A stretch of DNA of 64,000 nucleotides from positions 229,873 through 293,872 of the forward strand of contig JARXAD010000001.1 in the NCBI GenBank assembly GCA_029866025.1, given 5' to 3'. The stretch is from Vampirovibrionales bacterium (GTDB lineage: Bacteria > Cyanobacteriota > Vampirovibrionia > Vampirovibrionales > Vampirovibrionaceae). How positions within the stretch are numbered: the stretch's first letter is position 1; each line of letters begins with the position of its first letter. The position numbers and the translations under genes are program-made. The notes beneath the pieces were generated by a model. That model had not been told where the DNA came from. It saw nothing but the letters and a program-made list of their open reading frames with translations, and made no database searches. Below, in pieces: positions 61,373-64,000 of this stretch.

Positions 61373-62202
61373 CACGAAAGTGTCCCCTCGTCATGACCTT
61401 CATCATAAATGGCCACAATGCCAGACAAGCAGGCAATGGCGGCGGTCTCTGCCTTTAAAATGCGGCGCCCATAGTGGATGGCCTGAAACCCTTGGGAAAC
61501 GAGAGACTCTAACTCTTCGGTGGTTAGGCCGCCTTCGGGGCCAACTACAATGCACACGGCCTCGGGAAGTGCCCCTTTTGTGGATCGCTGGACTCCCAAC
61601 GCCTGAGCGATAGAGATGCGCCCCTCGCCTCGCTCCATCATCACCAGATTTAGGGTATCGTTAGTAATGCCTTTAGTGGCTTGGTTTAGAGGACTAGGCT
61701 CTAAAATGGTGGGGAGAAAACGGCCGTCGCATTGTTCCACGGCGGCACGGGTAATGTCTTGCCAGCGGGGTAGTTTGTTTTGCCATTCTTCGGTTTTTAC
61801 CACGGTACGCTGGGTAATAATGGGTTGAATGGTGCGAACCCCAAGTTCTGTAGTCTTTTGAAGGAGCCAATCCCAGCGTGGGCCTTTAATCAAGGCTGCC
61901 ATAATGGTGATGTGGGGCAAACCGTCGGAAACGGCGTCGTCTTGAGACACGATCTCCAGCGTTAGGCTTTTGGTACTAATGTCCAAGACTTTGGCGAGGT
62001 AGCTGGTTTCTAAGCTTGTGTGAATGAGGGTGAGGTGGGTATTGGGTTTTAATCGCAGCACGGTAGCCGCATGGTGGGCGATGGTGGGTTCAACAATCGT
62101 GATGGAAGCTGGCAAGGGGGGAATAATAATGTCCTTAGGCAGCACAAACCTCGCCGACCGATGGCGCTTGATGGTGTTGGGTGCTGTGATGGCTTCTGTC
62201 AC
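61372..62202 (-). CDS. rsmE: 16S rRNA (uracil1498-N3)-methyltransferase RsmE
   Basis: RHRSARFVLPKD N-terminus; VVGPEGGLTTEE motif. GTG start directly after the prmA stop. Confidence 0.75.
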   Translation of the reverse strand: MTEAITAPNTIKRHRSARFVLPKDIIIPPLPASITIVEPTIAHHAATVLRLKPNTHLTLIHTSLETSYLAKVLDISTKSLTLEIVSQDDAVSDGLPHITIMAALIKGPRWDWLLQKTTELGVRTIQPIITQRTVVKTEEWQNKLPRWQDITRAAVEQCDGRFLPTILEPSPLNQATKGITNDTLNLVMMERGEGRISIAQALGVQRSTKGALPEAVCIVVGPEGGLTTEELESLVSQGFQAIHYGRRILKAETAAIACLSGIVAIYDEGHDEGTLS

Positions 62203-63183
62203 TTAGGGGGTGCTTTCAAATACGGCATCTAGTACTGCCCAGCCGTCTTGCGTGGCTTGGTGGCGAACAAACAGCCCCAGTTCAGCCAGTTGGACCTCAA
62301 TGGCAGGTACATCTTTTTCCAGCAGTCCGCTGAGAATGATCCAGCCGGTGGGGGCCAGTCGGGCAATGGCTTCGGGTAACAGGGGTTTAATTACGGCTGC
62401 ATGAATATTCATCACAATGCCGTCCATAGCGGTGTGGCAGCGATCTTCCAAGGGGGTTTGGGTGGCGGTAATGCAATGGCCCACGCCATTCAGGGTGGCG
62501 TTTTCGTTGGTGGCGGTCATGGCTTCGGGGTGGATATCCAGCCCAATGATGCTTTGGCAACCAAACAAGGCGGCGGCAATGCTTAAAATGCCGCTGCCAC
62601 AGCCCACATCCATGAGGCTGAGTTGGCTAAAATCTTGATGAAGGGCCAGGGCATCGAGGCGTTGGAGAACCAAACGCGTGGTGGGGTGGCTGCCGGTGCC
62701 GAAGGCGGTGCCGGGATCTAGGATGAGGTTATAGTAAGCATTTTCTTTAGCAGTTTCCAAAGGTTTGGTTATCAAAGGCGGCTTTGCCGTCGCCGCTTCC
62801 CAGGTGGGAATAATGGTTAAACGAGGAGAAATGGCTGTGGCGTGCCAGTGTTGCTTCCAGGCTTCTTCCCAATCGGCACGGTACACGGGCTGAATGTCTT
62901 GCAGCTGAATAATGGCAGCGTCGTCGGCCAGCCACTTGCTTAGAGAGGCTTTCAGTTGTTCTAAGCTTGCTTGGCCTTGAGGAGATACGGTGATGCAAAA
63001 GCCTTTGGTCACTTCTTCATCCACATGGCCGGTAAGCAAGGTTTCAATGCTAATAACGTCATCCAGCGTCCACAGCAGTTCTTCCAGCAGGACTACTTGT
63101 TCTGCTGGCAAAGTGTTTACCAACAGGGTCCGCTGGTAGGCGTCTAGGGGTGTTGTGGCGATTGCTTTTGTTGAAATGGGCAT
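62203..63183 (-). CDS. prmA: Ribosomal protein L11 methyltransferase
   Basis: DVGCGSGILSIAA SAM motif. 326 aa. Confidence 0.8.
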   Translation of the reverse strand: MPISTKAIATTPLDAYQRTLLVNTLPAEQVVLLEELLWTLDDVISIETLLTGHVDEEVTKGFCITVSPQGQASLEQLKASLSKWLADDAAIIQLQDIQPVYRADWEEAWKQHWHATAISPRLTIIPTWEAATAKPPLITKPLETAKENAYYNLILDPGTAFGTGSHPTTRLVLQRLDALALHQDFSQLSLMDVGCGSGILSIAAALFGCQSIIGLDIHPEAMTATNENATLNGVGHCITATQTPLEDRCHTAMDGIVMNIHAAVIKPLLPEAIARLAPTGWIILSGLLEKDVPAIEVQLAELGLFVRHQATQDGWAVLDAVFESTP

Positions 63184-63362
63184 GATTATCAGTCTTTATC
63201 AAGAGGGCTCTTATAAAATTTTAGAGTACTTTCTATTGTGCCAAAAAAGAGATGTAGGATGGCAAAAAACAATCCCCCAATACCTACCGAAGCAGCTAGT
63301 GAGGGATTGTTGAGGTTCAGAAACAAGGGCTTCTAAACCGTTAGGGTTTTACCGATAGGCTA

Positions 63363-64000
63363 CTAATAACCCATGGGTACCGCTGTGGTGGTGTTGGTTT
63401 GAACCGTGGTTTGCAGGGCTTGATCCAAACGAATTTGGAGTTTTTCGCCAGGTTGCAACAAAATGGGGTTACCTTTGGAGACACCGGCAGCCAAAGCGCC
63501 TAAGCCGGTACCAATGGCGGTGCCATAAATGGCGCCTTTACCCACGCTACCACCCGAAAGAGGGCCCATAGCGGTACCCAGTGCAGCGCCGATAGCGGCA
63601 CCGGCAACGGTTTTACCAGCAACGGTACCCAAACGGCCTTTGGCAGAACCACCAATGAGTAGGCCGTCGGTGGTTGCAATGGAGGCTTGAATGGGCATCC
63701 GCTCACCTTGAGGCGTCATCACTTCGGTAAAGCGAACGCTTAGGGTGGCATTCTTTTCCATGCGGCCCATGGGCTCTACAGAAATGACTTGACCCAACAA
63801 TTGGCTACCGCTGGGCAACACAATTTGGTTGTCGCTGCTGGCAATGGGCATATCCAAGGTGGCACGCACTTGGTCACCCACTTTGGCTGTTTCAGAATCC
63901 AAAGCGGTGGATAAGGTAGTGGCAAACTGGGTTTGGGCAGGCACCGTTACCACACGGCCTTGTAGGGGCTGCTGTGTGGTGGTTGTGGTAATGGACGATG
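63363..64000 (-). CDS. Secreted glycine-zipper protein, paralog of 28358..29299; N-terminus beyond window end
   Basis: The frame stays open to the window edge (...TTTTTQQPLQGRVVTVPA...). Glycine-zipper stretch AAIGAALGTAMGPLSGGSVGKGAIYGTAIGTGLGALAAGVSKG. Confidence 0.6.
   Translation of the reverse strand, partial: SSITTTTTQQPLQGRVVTVPAQTQFATTLSTALDSETAKVGDQVRATLDMPIASSDNQIVLPSGSQLLGQVISVEPMGRMEKNATLSVRFTEVMTPQGERMPIQASIATTDGLLIGGSAKGRLGTVAGKTVAGAAIGAALGTAMGPLSGGSVGKGAIYGTAIGTGLGALAAGVSKGNPILLQPGEKLQIRLDQALQTTVQTNTTTAVPMGY

Overview
The window is from a bacterial chromosome of roughly 53-56% GC; the lineage cannot be determined from sequence alone. Adjacent genes frequently share overlapping stop/start codons (ATGA, TAATG), and many conserved proteins carry low-complexity extensions.

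It opens inside a two-partner-secretion locus on the minus strand. A TpsB (ShlB/FhaC-type) transporter sits upstream of a large TpsA (filamentous-haemagglutinin-like) exoprotein that runs off the window start and contains tandem repeats of about 510 bp (about 170 aa). Then follow a secreted esterase and Crp/Fnr regulator, and a membrane-lipid modification cluster: a delta-9 acyl-CoA desaturase, an FAD oxidoreductase, a DUF1365 protein, a CFA-synthase-like protein, a DUF1295 protein, a second Cfa-like methyltransferase and a small membrane protein. This cluster resembles clusters implicated in methylated/furan fatty-acid synthesis. Next are a PrtD-type ABC exporter with HlyD and TolC partners (type I secretion-like), a solo tRNA-Ile(GAT), and phosphoglycerate mutase (gpmI).

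An uncharacterized protein paired with an MFS transporter comes next, then an orphan cytoplasmic histidine kinase translationally coupled to an acidic lipoprotein alpha/beta-hydrolase. A secreted glycine-zipper protein precedes ExbB-ExbD-ExbD, with no TonB in the window; the two exbD genes are a recent duplication, and a paralog of the glycine-zipper protein lies at the far end of the window. A three-gene operon encodes a CDP-alcohol phosphatidyltransferase, a GmhB-like HAD phosphatase and a hexapeptide N-acyltransferase.

Housekeeping genes follow: dnaJ and grpE, an rluB-like pseudouridine synthase, a BtpA-like protein, der, and plsY-gpsA. A low-GC Abi-alpha-like gene is inserted between grpE and rluB. 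There is a flagellar motA-motB-fliL-fliM operon in which MotA and FliL carry long extra segments. After that come rsfS-yqeK-ymdB, a family-5 ABC substrate-binding protein, and a fold-I PLP decarboxylase preceded by a long AC-rich leader that ends in a terminator-like hairpin abutting the RBS. The window closes with rpsB-tsf-pyrH, tRNA-Leu(UAG), an ABC-F ATPase, a polyferredoxin, fmt, cca, rsmE and prmA.

The candidates most worth follow-up are the repeat-containing TPS exoprotein; the glycine-zipper paralogs, one of them next to a TonB-less ExbBD module; the low-GC Abi-like insertion; the CDP-alcohol phosphatidyltransferase/HAD/acyltransferase operon; and the fatty-acid modification cluster.
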